A DNA stretch of 64,000 bases from the NCBI GenBank assembly GCA_024704765.1, contig JAKMXF010000312.1, forward strand, positions 325,309 through 389,308. The letters run 5' to 3'. The position numbers and the translations under genes were made by a program. Under the pieces are notes generated by a model. The model worked only from the letters and a program-made list of their open reading frames with translations, made no database searches and had not been told where the DNA came from. Shown here one piece after another: positions 1 through 12,924 of this stretch. Origin of the DNA: Oopsacas minuta. Taxonomy: Eukaryota; Animalia; Porifera. Positions within the stretch are counted from its first letter, which is position 1; every line of letters begins with the position of its first letter.

Positions 1-3000
1 GTAGTAATACTAGTCAAGTCACCACCCCATACAGCACAACTAGATTGAGCATCTAACCAGTTGATTCCATCACTCACTTCATACAATCGATAGCAAGATC
101 CATTATAGATCAGATCACATACACTGGGTGTTGCTGGAATCAAACAAATTCATTAATTTCATTAAACAACTACATGTAATGATCACTTACCTGGTTGACT
201 GCAGAAGTAACAATTTCTCATGTCACCACAACCTCGATTAATCCAACCGTTTGATAATACTGCTGCTACATTCCTGTATCTGAATCTAACACAGTCCCAG
301 GCAGAATTTCCACCTCCAGGATTCATTCCAAGAAGCGAATCGAAGTTCCTATAAGTACTGGTACTACCATCTACCCAAACAAATGCACTAGCATTAGTAC
401 CAGCATCTATATCTATATCGTTTAGACCAATAAAACATGAAAAGTATGTATTTATATCTGTACTGCTATAAAACAATAAGCTATCTTCTACTGCTGACTT
501 TATTGTAGCTAGATTTCCTCTAGTACCCCAGTTATTACAATTCAGTTGAGCACTTAACCAGTCTAATTTAGTAGAATTCGAGACAAATCCGAAAGAAGTA
601 TCACCATATGTAAATTCTTCATCTGGGATTAAAACTAAAAATATTAAAGAATAATTACTTTTCAAACTAGTATATTATAAAGTTATTCATGTCATCACCG
701 AATATATTCTACAAAATGTTCAAGCACAAAAAAAGAGTTTTCTTACATTCCTATTACGTGCTAATTTATAAGCAGAAGTATATACCTGGTCGAGGAGGTG
801 CAGATGTAATGTTAATCTGCATAGCTATCACTTCTTTTTGATTCCAGTTGTTATCAGTATAGAATGTGTATGTTCCAGCGTTTTCTTCCATAAATTCAGC
901 AATTTCTATCGTTGAGTCAGTAGTGTTCATATCTCTTGGAATATTCCATTTTCCAATTAGGTTGATGGATATAGAAATATCTATTGTTTCTAATGGTATA
1001 GCAATCTTATTCGTGGATGGATATGTTGATGAGAAGCTTTCAGCCAAGAATAAACCATAGAAAATTGATATTTCAGGAACTATAAATATGAAAATGATAA
1101 ATATATCAGTTTGTAAAGTGGACAATAAATATTGATCGAATACCTGTCACCGAAAGATAGATCGTAGCGATGGTAGTTCCTTCTCTCATACAGCTAAATG
1201 CTCTAGACTCTGTTGGTAATTTAGCACTCTCAATAGATATGTTGAATGGGTTATTATACATACTATCCCACATAATTGCACTCAAACTACCAATCTCAGT
1301 AGGATCACACAATAGTAATATATCTTCACTGTCTACTCCTACTAGGTATATGTATGTTACTCCTTCAACCGCAACTAGATAGAAAAGTTAGTGGAAAATA
1401 TTCAGAAATATCAATTAACTGTCTACTCACCTGTTGTTAAAGATGGATCATACAACCCAATTAGATAAGATGATGTACTGGTTTGACACTGATAATATCC
1501 TTGTTTATTAATATTAACTGCTAACCAACTTAATCCAGTTTCTGTACTACTATATGTTGCTGTCATACTTACACTGTTTGATAGATCTGAGTTTTCTGAA
1601 AAATTCCATACGATATTATTACTCCGTTCTCCTCCACATGCTAAGGTACGTGAAGTGAACAAGAAAGTGTTTGAGTTAAGCAGTTGGAAGTCAAATCTTT
1701 CGTTGGTAAGTTCTCCAAATCTATCAACTGAGAGTAGATAGGAATTAGAAATGTGAAAGGATCTTAGAATATAAATATTTAAAGTTACAAACCTATTGTT
1801 ACAGTACTAGTTGAAGCTCTTTTGCATACAAAAGTGTTTATAGTATCCTCACAGTTCACAGTTTCCCAACTAACACCTCCAGCTGTGTTAATCTCAATAC
1901 AATCACCATCATTAGATGGGGGATTTGTCCAGTTCGCATAGCTAAATGTTGTACCATCAGTCCAGGTATAAGTTCCCTCTTCACTCCTATCATTCAATCC
2001 TATCCAATAATTATTACTCATTATGATAGTGTATAAGTAGTTATTCTCTCTCTCTGTACTAATACTAGTCAGGTCACCACCCCATACAGCACAACTAGAT
2101 TGAGCATCTAACCAGTTGATTCCTGTACTTACATCAAATATTCGGTAACATGATCCTTCATAGATGAGATCACATACATTGGGTGTTGCTATAGGTAAAC
2201 AAAACACAATTATTGCTCCATTCTATATACAAACTTTATATACAAACTTTATATACACGATATAAGGTTACTCTCGGGTACCCAATGTATTCTTATACCG
2301 TGCATATTGTTATATAAAGGTCTTATTATAGTTGTATTTTGCATAAAATGTACAAATATGTTATTACCTGGTTTTATGCAGAAGTGACAATCTATTGGAG
2401 TATTACAAAAACCATTAATCCATCCATCTGATATAGGGCCAGCACCTCCTTCTTTATATCTGAATCGAACACAATCAAAATTAGCTACATCTCTAGGGTA
2501 TGTATATTCTAATGTTCCGAAGTTCCTATATGTGCTTGTGCTGCCATCTACCCACACAAATGCACTACCATTAGTACCAGCATCTACAAGTATATCATTC
2601 AGACCAATATAGCATCTAAAGTATGTTTGTATATCTGTTATACTATAATATAATAAATCGTCTTCCACTCCTGACTTGATTGTAGCAAGATTTCCTCCCC
2701 ATAAGATACAGCTGAGTTGTGCAGTTAGCCAGTCTATAGAAGGTGAATTGGTGAAATATCCAAATGTTGTTCCACCGAATGTAAATTCTTCTTCTGGATC
2801 CATAACTAAGATAGATTATGTATTTGTATAAAAAATCGATACATTCTGAGGTAAGTATATTCAGCGTGTATATATTCAAGAGCCTTTCATGTATGTAAAT
2901 TTTACGATATAATTCATAGAATATCTGTTTTAAGAATATTTTACCTGTAAGAGCAGGTGATGATGTAATGTTAATCTGCATAGCAATCACCTCTCCTTGA

Positions 3001-6000
3001 TCCCAGTTATTAGTATGGAATGTGTATATTCCTGCTTGCATGAATTCTGCGATAACTAAAGTGGAACTTGTAGTATCCACACCTTCTGGATCAGTCCATT
3101 TTCCCTCTAGGTTAATGGAGAGAGAAACATCTTTTGTTTCTAATGCGATATCAATCACATTCATTAATGGATATGTTAAGGAGAAGCTTTCAACCAGAAA
3201 CTGGCCGTAGTGAACGGACATTTCGGGGACTAAAGCAACAGTTTGTATGTATAAAGATAGCTTTTATTGAAATGATATGTAAATTTACCTGTAATTGAAA
3301 GATTGATAGTAACAATGGTGGTCCCTTCTCTCATACAGCTAAATGCTGTAGACTCTGTTGGTAATGTAGCACTCTCAGTATTTACGTGAATTGGGTTATT
3401 ATACGTACTATCCCATTTAATTGTACTCAAACTACCAATCTCAGTAGGATTACACAACAGTAATATATCTTCACTGTCAACCCCTACTATATACATGTAT
3501 GTTTGCCCTTCAACCGCAACTAGATAGATAAGTTGGTGTTATCAAGACTGTAAAAAATATGTTCAAAAATATTAGAGTGATCTACTTACCTGTTGTTAAG
3601 GATGGATCATACAATCCAATCGTATAAGTTGCTGAATTGACTTGACACTGATAATATCCTTGTTTGGTAATATCAACTGCTAACCAACTCCATCCAGCTT
3701 CTATATTCTCATAGGTTGGTATTTCTGGTTGACTAGATGATAGATCTGAATTCTCTGAAAATATCCATGTAATGGTTATATTCTCTTCTCCTCCATAAGC
3801 TAATGTATGTGGGGTGAACAAAAATGTGTTTTCACTAATTGTTACAAAGTCTAATCTTCCATTAGTAAGTTGTCCAAATCCTCCAGCTAAAACATATACA
3901 TATGCTATATCAAATTACTAGCGTTTATAGTATAATTAATATATACTGACCTGTTGTTACAGATGAAGCTCTTTTACATAGAAAAGCGTTTATCGTTGTT
4001 GTTTCACAGTCCACAGTCTCCCAACTACCTACCCCAGTTCTTATTATGTCAACACAATCGGCATTGCCAGCATTCGGTGTACCACCTTCCCAGTTTGTAA
4101 AAGTAGATGTTGAATCATCAATCCACGTGTACATTCCATCATTGTTATCTCTATCATTCAATCCTATCCAGCAATTACTCACTGTATCAGGGATAATAGT
4201 GTATAAGTAATTATTCTCTCTCTCTGTAGTAATACTAGTCAAGTCACCACCCCATACAGCACAACTAGATTGAGCATCTAACCAGTTGATTCCAGTACTC
4301 ACTTCGAAGACTCGATAGCAGAAACCATTATAGATCAGATCACAACCTTGTAAGTTAACTACAAATTTTAGACGATGAAATACCAGAAAATTCGGTTATA
4401 GTAACTAATGAGTAATAAGACTTTTTGATAAATATCAATTACCTTGTTTATTGCAGAAGTAACAATTTGTAGTATCAGTGCATGCTTGATTTTCCCAACC
4501 GATTGATAATTCACCAGTAGATTTGTATCTGTTTCTGACACAGTCCCAAGAGGCTGTTGCTACAGGATATGATTGTCCAAGTATACCGAAGTTCCTATAA
4601 GTACTGCTACTACCATCTACCCATACAAATGCATTAGCATCATTACCAGCATCATTTTCTATATCATTTAGACCTATCCAACATGAAAAGTGTGTATTAA
4701 TATCCGTACTACTATAGAACAGTAAGCTATCTTCTACTGCTGAGTTGATTGTAGCAAGATTTCCTCCCCAGTTCAGGCAATCAAGTTGACTAGTAAACCA
4801 TGTTGTATCAGTGGTAGTGAAGAACCCAATTGCTGAATTATCGTATGTTAGTTCAATATCTGGAGTTCCTAGAGGAATACATTTTATTAAATTCGATTAC
4901 TTTCGATATGATCGAAAGCTTTTCAACTGATTATATCGCATGTGAGTGGTATGGCAGATAACATACAATTCCTCAGGAAACAATGATAATATAACATACC
5001 TGTCACTGTAGTTGAAGATGTTAACTCAATTTGGATGATACATACTTCAACATCATCCCAGTTGTTAGTATAGAACTTGTATAATCCATCGTTTAGTGAT
5101 GAAAAATTTGGAATGGTTAAAGCAGATCCTGTAGAGTCCGTATCATCTGGAAGAATCCAACTACCATCAATATTGATTGACAGGATAACATCTTGTACTG
5201 CTGAAGGAACTGCTAGCATATTCATCTCTGGATAGAGTAATGAAAAGCTTTCAGCTGGTACAACACCGTAACTTATAGTTAACAAGGGAGCTATAAACAA
5301 TTGAATCCATAATTGAGATCAAAAGAATATTTCATTCAAAATACAAGATGTACCTATAACACTGATGGTATTTGTTGATAATAGATTTGCACCTCTCTTG
5401 CAAGTAAATTCTGTACTAGCCTCTGGTAAATCAGCTCTTGAGTTGTATATATTGATAGGATTTAAGAAGTCTCCGCCACTTGATAGAGTCCATCTCAACA
5501 TGCTTAAACTCCCACTTTCCATTGGATTACACAACAGTAATACATCCTCTCTGTCAATTCCAACTATATATTGGTATGATGAAGCTCCTGCTGCAACTAA
5601 ATAGAGGAATTTGCGGTCAATGAATTAGTAAGGAGATAATATCTGTGTTATTAAATCTCAATTGTTGTCTGTTCATTTGTTGTCAAGGAAAAGGATTTCT
5701 GGTATGCTATTATGAATTCGAATTTCGCGATCCCGATAACTATGAATTTATCGTGTAATCAAGAAAGTAAATAAAATGCTATAAAACTTGACTAAATATA
5801 TCAAATATGCGGAATCCGATTTTCACACTTTTGAATTAATCATATGTACATTTTTTGCCGCGCAGTGCGGGCAAGCGTAGCACGCTAGTATAGTAAATAT
5901 CAGAATAATCTACTTACCTGTTGTTAAGGATGGATCATACAATCCAATCGTATAAGTTGATGAATTGGCCTCGCACTGATAATAACCTTGTTTGGTAATA

Positions 6001-9000
6001 TCAACTGCTAACCAGCTCCATCCAGCTTCTATATTCTCATAGGTTGGTATTTCTGGTTGACTAGATGATAGATCTGAATTCTCTGAAAATATCCATGTAA
6101 TGGCTATATTCTCTTCTCCTCCATAAGCTAATGTATGTGGGGTGAACAAAAATGTGTTTTCACTAATTGTTACAAAGTCTAATCTTCCATTAGTAAGTTG
6201 TCCAAATCCTCCAACTAAAACATATACATATACTATATCAAATTACTAGCGTTTATAGTATAATTAATATATACTGACCTGTTGTTACAGATGAAGCTCT
6301 TTTACATAGAAAAGCGTTTATCGTTGTTGTTTCACAGTCCACAGTCTCCCAACTACCTACCCCAGTTCTTATTATGTCAACACAATCGGCATTGCCAGCA
6401 TTCGGTGTACCACCTTCCCAGTTTGTAAAAGTAGATGTTGAATCATCAATCCACGTGTACATTCCATCATTGTTATCTCTATCATTCAATCCTATCCAGC
6501 AATTACTCACTGTATCAGGGATAATAGTGTATAAGTAATTATTCTCTCTCTCTGTAGTAATACTAGTCAAGTCACCACCCCATACAGCACAACTAGATTG
6601 AGCATCTAACCAGTTGATTCCATCACTCACTTCATATAACCGATAGCAAAAGTCATCATAGATCAGATCACATCCTTGTGAGTTATCTATTCAAAAATTT
6701 GAAACTACATTTTGAGAATGAGTATTTCTAGTTTATTGAATTATATAAGAATGGAATTGAATTTATACCTCTATGTCACAGTGTTTCACCCTTATAGTAT
6801 GTATTATCTTGAAGTACTCAATTTCGGATATTTCTCATTAACAATTCGAGAACTACTGTTTTGATGCAAAATAAATATTGCAGAAATTAGCCTAATTGAA
6901 GTTACGTCACTAAAAATTGTAGATTGAACGTATAATATGTATTATACGTAATACGTCTTCGTTGAAAGACGTATTAAACATCTTAGCTTTATAATGTCTT
7001 GTGTCTTCCTTCCTTGAATGTATTATATTCAAGTGATACATATATTAAGGTCCTATATTGTCAACAATAATAACTTACCTTGTTTACTGCAGAAGTAACA
7101 AACTCTAGTAAAATGACACTGTCGATTAATCCAACCGGTTGATACTACACCTCCGACTTGGTATCTGAATCTAACACAGTCATGAATAGGATCATCATCT
7201 GAGGGGCTTACTATTCCAAAATCAGATCGGAAGTTCCTATAAGTACTGTTACTACCATCTACCCATACAAATGCACTAGCATTCGTACCAGCATCTACAT
7301 CTATATCATTTAGACCAATTGAACACGAAAAAGCATTATCTAAATCTGTTATGCTATAGAACAATAAGCTGTCTTCTTCTGCTGACTTGATTGTAGCAAG
7401 ATTTCCTCCCCAGTTGATGCAATTGAGTTGAGCAGTTATCCAGTTGATCCCAGAGGAAATTGTAAAATATCCAAAAGTGTTATCATCAAATATAAATTCT
7501 TCTTCTGGGTTCATTGCTAACAAACAAGATTATTATTATATTAATCATCAAATTTTGATTTCCATGAGTATACAATTAATTACATATATTAAGTAACTAT
7601 TACCTGTAATAGCTGGTGAAGATGAAAGAGTAATTTGTATAGCACACACATCAACTCCATCCCAGTTGTTAATATAGAATTCGTATAGTCCAGCATTTCC
7701 TGCCATGAAATTAGCAATTGTTGTAGTAGATCCAGTAGGCTCTGCTACCCCAAGAACAGTCCAGTATCCAATAATATTGGTAGAGAGAGTAATATCTTGT
7801 GTTGATAATGGAATAGCAAACGCATTGATAGCTGGACACACAGCCGTGAATTTACTAGCACTGATGCTACCAATTTGAATTGTTATTTCTGGAACTAAAT
7901 AAACACAATATTCATATAGATATAGTGAAACCTACAATGTAATATGTGCAAATGGAGACCAATACGATCTTTCCGCATCATTTCATTCTAATGGGCAGTC
8001 CATTATGTCATTTATGTGGCCGTTACTAATATGTTCCCCTCACAGCCTACGAAACTAAAGCCTATTCACGACATTTAACCATGGATTACTTCAAGTCTAT
8101 TAAATTTGACTTGCATTATAATTTATCGATAAAACAAAATCGGTGCATTTTGGCTCGAATAAATGTATCATTAATGGTTAATAATTTACAAATGCCATAT
8201 TATCCAACTATTATCAGTTTGAAATGACGTCATCTGTTTGGTTAGAAGGGCAAAATGTCCATCCATAGTACCTAATATAACTCAGTAACGTGACAACTTT
8301 ATCATTACAAAAATTCTATATTTTATATGTAAACATCCTTAGATCACTTGATATTAATTTTGGAATCGAAGACGCAATAGTGATCGTTTATCAGAGCTTT
8401 AAAAATGGTACATTTTTAACAACACTTTTCCCTTCTAACCAAACAGATGAAGTCATTTATAGCTGGTAATAGTTGGATAATATGGCATTTGAAAATTATT
8501 AACCTTCAATTATACATTTATTGAGCCAAAATGCACCGATTTTGTTTTATCGATAAAAATATAATTGCAAGTCAAATCTAATAAACTTGAAGTAATCCAT
8601 GGTCCATGAAATCCTAGACTGTGGATAGGCTGTAGTTGCGTAGGTTGTGTATTCTCCTGTATACTACATATCATATAATGAAACATAATTGATTAAATTG
8701 TTACCTTGCACGCTGATAAAGTTTGAAAATATAATACTTGAACCTCTCACACAATTTAAGTCAGTAGATTGTTCTGGTAAATTATTCCTCTCGTTGTATA
8801 TGTTGATAGGATTCAGGAAATCTTCACTACCTGTTAGAGACCACTTCAGTATACTTAAATCACCACTGTCCGCAGGATCACATAACAGCAATACATCCTC
8901 TCTGTCTATTCCTACTATATATACGTATTGAGTACCTTCTATTGCAACTAAATGTAAGAAATTGAGGTCAATAGATTAGTAAGTGGGATAATAATATGTA

Positions 9001-11595
9001 GAAATATTACACAGAGATATACTCACCTGTTGTTAATGAATTATCATATAAACCAATCGTATAAGTTAATGAATTGACTTGACACTGATAATATCCTTGT
9101 TTGGCAATATCAACTGCTAACCAGCTCCATCCAGCTTCCATATTCTCATAGGTTGGTGTTTCTGGTTGACTAGATGATAGATCTGAATTCTGTGAAAATA
9201 TCCATGTAATGACTATATTCTCTTCTCCTCCATAAGCTAATGTATGTGGGCTGAACAAAAATGTGTTTTCACTAATTGTTACAAAGTCTAATCCTCCATT
9301 AGTAAGTTGTCCAAATCCTCCAACTAAAGCACAAAATAATATATTTGCTGAATTTAATAGCTGCTATATATGGTATTATAGCATTGTCATGATACTGACC
9401 TGTTGTTACAGATGAAGATCTTTTGCATAGGAAAGCATTTGTCGTTGTTATGTCACAGTCCACAATCCCCCAACTACCCTCTCCAGTTCTTATTATGTCA
9501 ACACAATCTTCATCAATAACATTTGGTGCACTTCCTGTCCAGTTTGTATGACTATATACTGAACCATCAATCCAGGTATATGTTCCCTCTACACTCCTAT
9601 CATTCAATCCTATCCAGCAATTACTCACTGTATCAGGGATAATAGTGTATAAGTAATTATTCTCTCTCTCTGTAGTAATACTAGTCAAGTCACCGCCCCA
9701 TATAGCACAACTAGATTGAGCATCTAACCAGCTGATTCCAGTATTTACTTTAAATAATCGATAGCAAGATCCATTATAGATCAGATCACATCCTTGTGAG
9801 TTACCTATCAAGTTAAGTAAGAAAATTGAATAAAAGTATTTTCAACAGTTTAGTAATTTGAAAGGAACAAAATATATTTTATTTATATTTTCCCAGTTTA
9901 GTATTTTCCTTTCTTATTTGTATTATTTTAGTGTAACCATTGTCCAGGATTTTATACATTAATACAGGAATCTCGAGATTATTATTTTGAATAGTCAGAT
10001 CTTAAAATTATGTGATCAGAGATGAACTCCCTGAAGATGTCGAATTTTACCCATAGTATACTATTGCTACACATAACACATTATAACTCATTTTAGAACC
10101 TGCATGCAGCTATTATATAATCTTACTATCACAAAGCTATGTCTTTAACTTTTCTGAAGAATATACATAAATTCTTAAACTGGTTACCAGCGGCAGCTTT
10201 GTAATGTTAAATGAGGTCTCACGCTATTTCTATTACAAAATTGAACATCCATTCATATTTTATATAAATGTTTGTCAAATAATTATTAATATAATGTACA
10301 GGATCTTGTCCAGGACTTTGAAAATTATTTCCAGGAAAATTCCAGGAATTTTAATGTGTGATGCTGCAATATACTGGAATTAGACCTAAATATGCTGATC
10401 ACTGTAAAATTTATTTTTGAGGTTTATGTTTTACTACAATCACTTACCTGCTTTGTTGCAGAAGTAACAAGACCTAGTAGAGGCACAATCTCTATTAATC
10501 CAACCGGTTGATAATTCTCCTGCGTTATTGTTATATCTGGTTCTAACACAATCATGATTAGCGACTCCTGAGGGACTTGGTATACCAGGATTTGATTGGA
10601 AGTTTCTATAAGTACTGGTACTACCATCTACCCATACAAATGCAGTATCTACAGTACCAGCCTCTACAGTTATATCATTTAGACCTATATAACATGAACT
10701 ATAGAGTGTATTAGAGTTTGGTGCACTATAAAACAATAAGCTGTCTTCTACTGCTGACTTGATTGTAGTAAGATTTCCTCCCCAGTTATTGCATTCTACT
10801 TTGGCATTAGTCCAATTTATTGGGCTCACTATGAAGTATCCAAATGTTGTATCATCATATATTAGAGAAATATTAGGAGTTTGTGCTTAAGAAAGAGATA
10901 AAGAATATAATATATAATTTATACGTTAGTATATTGACTAGTTAATTCTATACAAAATTATCTAACAGAACCGTTTTACAAAGTCCTTGTACATATATAT
11001 TCTAATATTTACGTATAATTGTAGGTTATGTGTCGGACAAGTATTACAATTATTACAGCGTTAAATATATTCCATGTGGTCGTCCAAACTTTAATGGGAT
11101 TACTAGAACCTGCATTCCGATATTGTAAGGAACCTTTAGCCAAGCGTATCGTAGCAGGTAGCAAATATGGATACATTTATTTAAACTCCGCGAATTGTGG
11201 ATTATTATGGTGTCCAATGCTATTTTATCGGGCTGTAGCTTGGCCCGTATCAATAGTATTACCCTATGAATATTGGTTTGGTAGAAATCTGACCAACCTG
11301 ACCGCCTTTATAGCAATGAGTATAAACTAGGGTCAACTATGATATGTACCAAATTCTGTTTATTAACGACCCCAAGTGCAGTAGCTGGACAAAGGTCGTT
11401 ATGACAGACGCCCGCTACAAGCTATCGTATAAAAGTTATGATAATAAGGTTGACTGTTTATGAAAAGTAATATACATATTTGCTATTAGCTAAGTCAGAA
11501 AGTTTAAACATAATAAGATAGTTACCTGTTAAGATGCCGGAAAGTGAAGCACTTATCGTGAACAATAGAACAACTTGATAAAAGTTAGTTCCCAT
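1..11595 (-). CDS. Receptor gene 1: secreted/membrane protein with a repeated 5-exon module (CTLD-A, CTLD-B, Ig-like x3); 4 full modules plus a 5th running off the left edge (3' end not in window)
   Basis: Signal-peptide exon 11595-11526 (MGTNFYQVVLLFTISASLSGILT). Then GT-AG exons, all phase 1-1 with lengths divisible by 3: 10885-10448, 9804-9400, 9323-9027, 8947-8705, 7894-7604 | 7516-7079, 6686-6279, 6214-5918, 5596-5354, 5290-5000 | 4868-4443, 4358-3951, 3886-3590, 3519-3289, 3229-2945 | 2805-2368, 2188-1793, 1727-1431, 1374-1144, 1079-786 | 634-191, 133-<1. CTLD motifs W..AQ..C..WGG.L..I, WIGLND, W.DG, C...C. Ig-like C...W...GYYQC. Confidence 0.88.
3580..4295 (-). repeat. Near-identical intragenic duplicate tract, copy 1 (Ig1 exon + intron + most of CTLD-B exon)
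   Basis: Matches 5908-6623 at offset 2328 almost base for base, including the 64-nt intron; ORFs 3925-4302 and 6253-6630 differ only near their N-termini. Confidence 0.9.
5642..5888 (+). mobile_element. Non-autonomous Helitron-like insertion in an intron of receptor gene 1
   Basis: Begins TC after an A (5641) and ends CTAG before a T (5889), with a GC-rich imperfect hairpin (ttgccgcgcagtgcgggcaa, 5855-5874) ~10 nt upstream of the end and no TSD. Removing it leaves a 74-nt intron similar in size and sequence to the paralogous 79-nt intron 8948-9026. Confidence 0.68.
5908..6623 (-). repeat. Near-identical intragenic duplicate tract, copy 2
   Basis: See 3580-4295. Confidence 0.9.
8041..8649. 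mobile_element. ~610-bp foldback MITE with ~210-bp terminal inverted repeats
   Basis: Left arm (cacagcctacgaaactaaagcctattcac...accatggattacttcaagtc...gttagaaggg) is the reverse complement of the right arm (cccttctaaccaaacagatga...cttgaagtaatccatgg...gtggataggctgtagttgcgtaggttgtg). Lies in intron 7895-8704. Confidence 0.85.
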
Positions 11596-12597
11596 CTCAG
11601 TTCAAGTTAGTTTGGTTCTTATAATTCCAATGAATTTATTCCATAATTTGCAATTTATTATTCCTAAATTCAATATGCAAAGAAGATTAGTTACAAATGA
11701 AATACGATAACTCTATGAATTCATCCAAATGACTTAAGTGGATATATTGCAACATACAAGATAGTTCAGTGGTTCGACTACGTTTTGAAAGTAAAATACT
11801 GGGTAATTACTTATCTTGAGCTTACTATGCAACATTCTTATTCTAATAAACTCTATAATGATGTAGGCAACAACATGTAAGATATTTCAGTGATTCTCAA
11901 AGCAGATTACTTTATGCAGTTTTGCTTCAAAATTGAGTCACTGATGCCGCAATTCATAGACTACTATACTCAACTGTATTGTAAAATGCAAATACATTGT
12001 GGAAGATATCCCGAATATTGTTGATTCGTCTCTACTCATTTTATCATTTCATTGTTCACCTATTAATAGACAGTATAATTTATGTAAATTCTTGGGGGTT
12101 GTCTTATCCATGAACCTGAGTTCATAATTCCATTTTTAAGATATTTCATTACATTCAAGAATTATAGTAGGTATGTATATCAATCGACTCAACTTAATTA
12201 CACCAACTTATGTCCAGATCTGAGACGTTTTAATCGTGAGATATCCCTGAGGATTGCATTGGAATTATAAGTGGATATATTTCTGGTGTATTCATGTGGA
12301 TTATAACTAATATCTAATTTCAAATTTTTATATACTAAAATAACCTACAAATTTGGTGAAGAATTACTAGGTACTGTGTGCGAACTTAGCAAATATTTCA
12401 AGAATTCGAATGCTTAAACTCTGCTAATATCTTATTGTAAACAATGTATTGCAATGTACTCAGAAGGTAGATCAAATTGTATTGTCTATATAATTAAATC
12501 AGTAGATATTAAGCATCAATTTGAGTCTTAGACTGTGTGCCATACAAAGTACTCCGAATTCGCCTGTTTATACATTTTATTTTTCTATTTCCTCTAG

Positions 12598-12654
12598 CCT
12601 TGCTATGCTACCTGCTTTTCTCTGATGAACGAGTATTGTACTATTCATTTCTAA
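12598..12654 (+). pseudogene. Orphan RPTP-type terminal exon, possibly a remnant of a decayed sixth paralogue
   Basis: Polypyrimidine tract + AG, then PCYATCFSLMNEYCTIHF*, similar to the last exons of the RPTP genes (NHYLSCFALMNEYYCDTAIL*, SQFQACFTLMKQYLDY*). No intact upstream + strand PTP exon is visible. Confidence 0.5.
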
Positions 12655-12680
12655 CTGCATACGTTTGTTTAACACTTATA

Positions 12681-12924
12681 TAGTTAAAGGACAAAAGTAT
12701 TCGACCACTTTCCGTATTTTATACTAAGTTTATCAAACTAAAATCTAATTACTCTGATGTATTAAATAACTATTTGTTATAAAGCAGAGAATAAGCGTGA
12801 ACAAGATTCATTTATGTGGGTTGACGGATATCGATGTATAAGAATATCTTAGTTACATGGGCGAATAAGAATATAACAAAATATTTGCAATTCTGAAATG
12901 GTCGAATACTTTGTCCTTTAACTG
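12681..12924. mobile_element. Tc1/mariner-like MITE
   Basis: TIRs (t/c)agttaaaggacaaaagtattcgacca / tggtcgaatactttgtcctttaactg, flanked by TA. Confidence 0.75.

Noticed and set aside
11028-11330. 100-aa + strand ORF in intron 1 of receptor gene 1
   Set aside because: No recognisable motif or supported splice structure; probably a chance or repeat-derived ORF.
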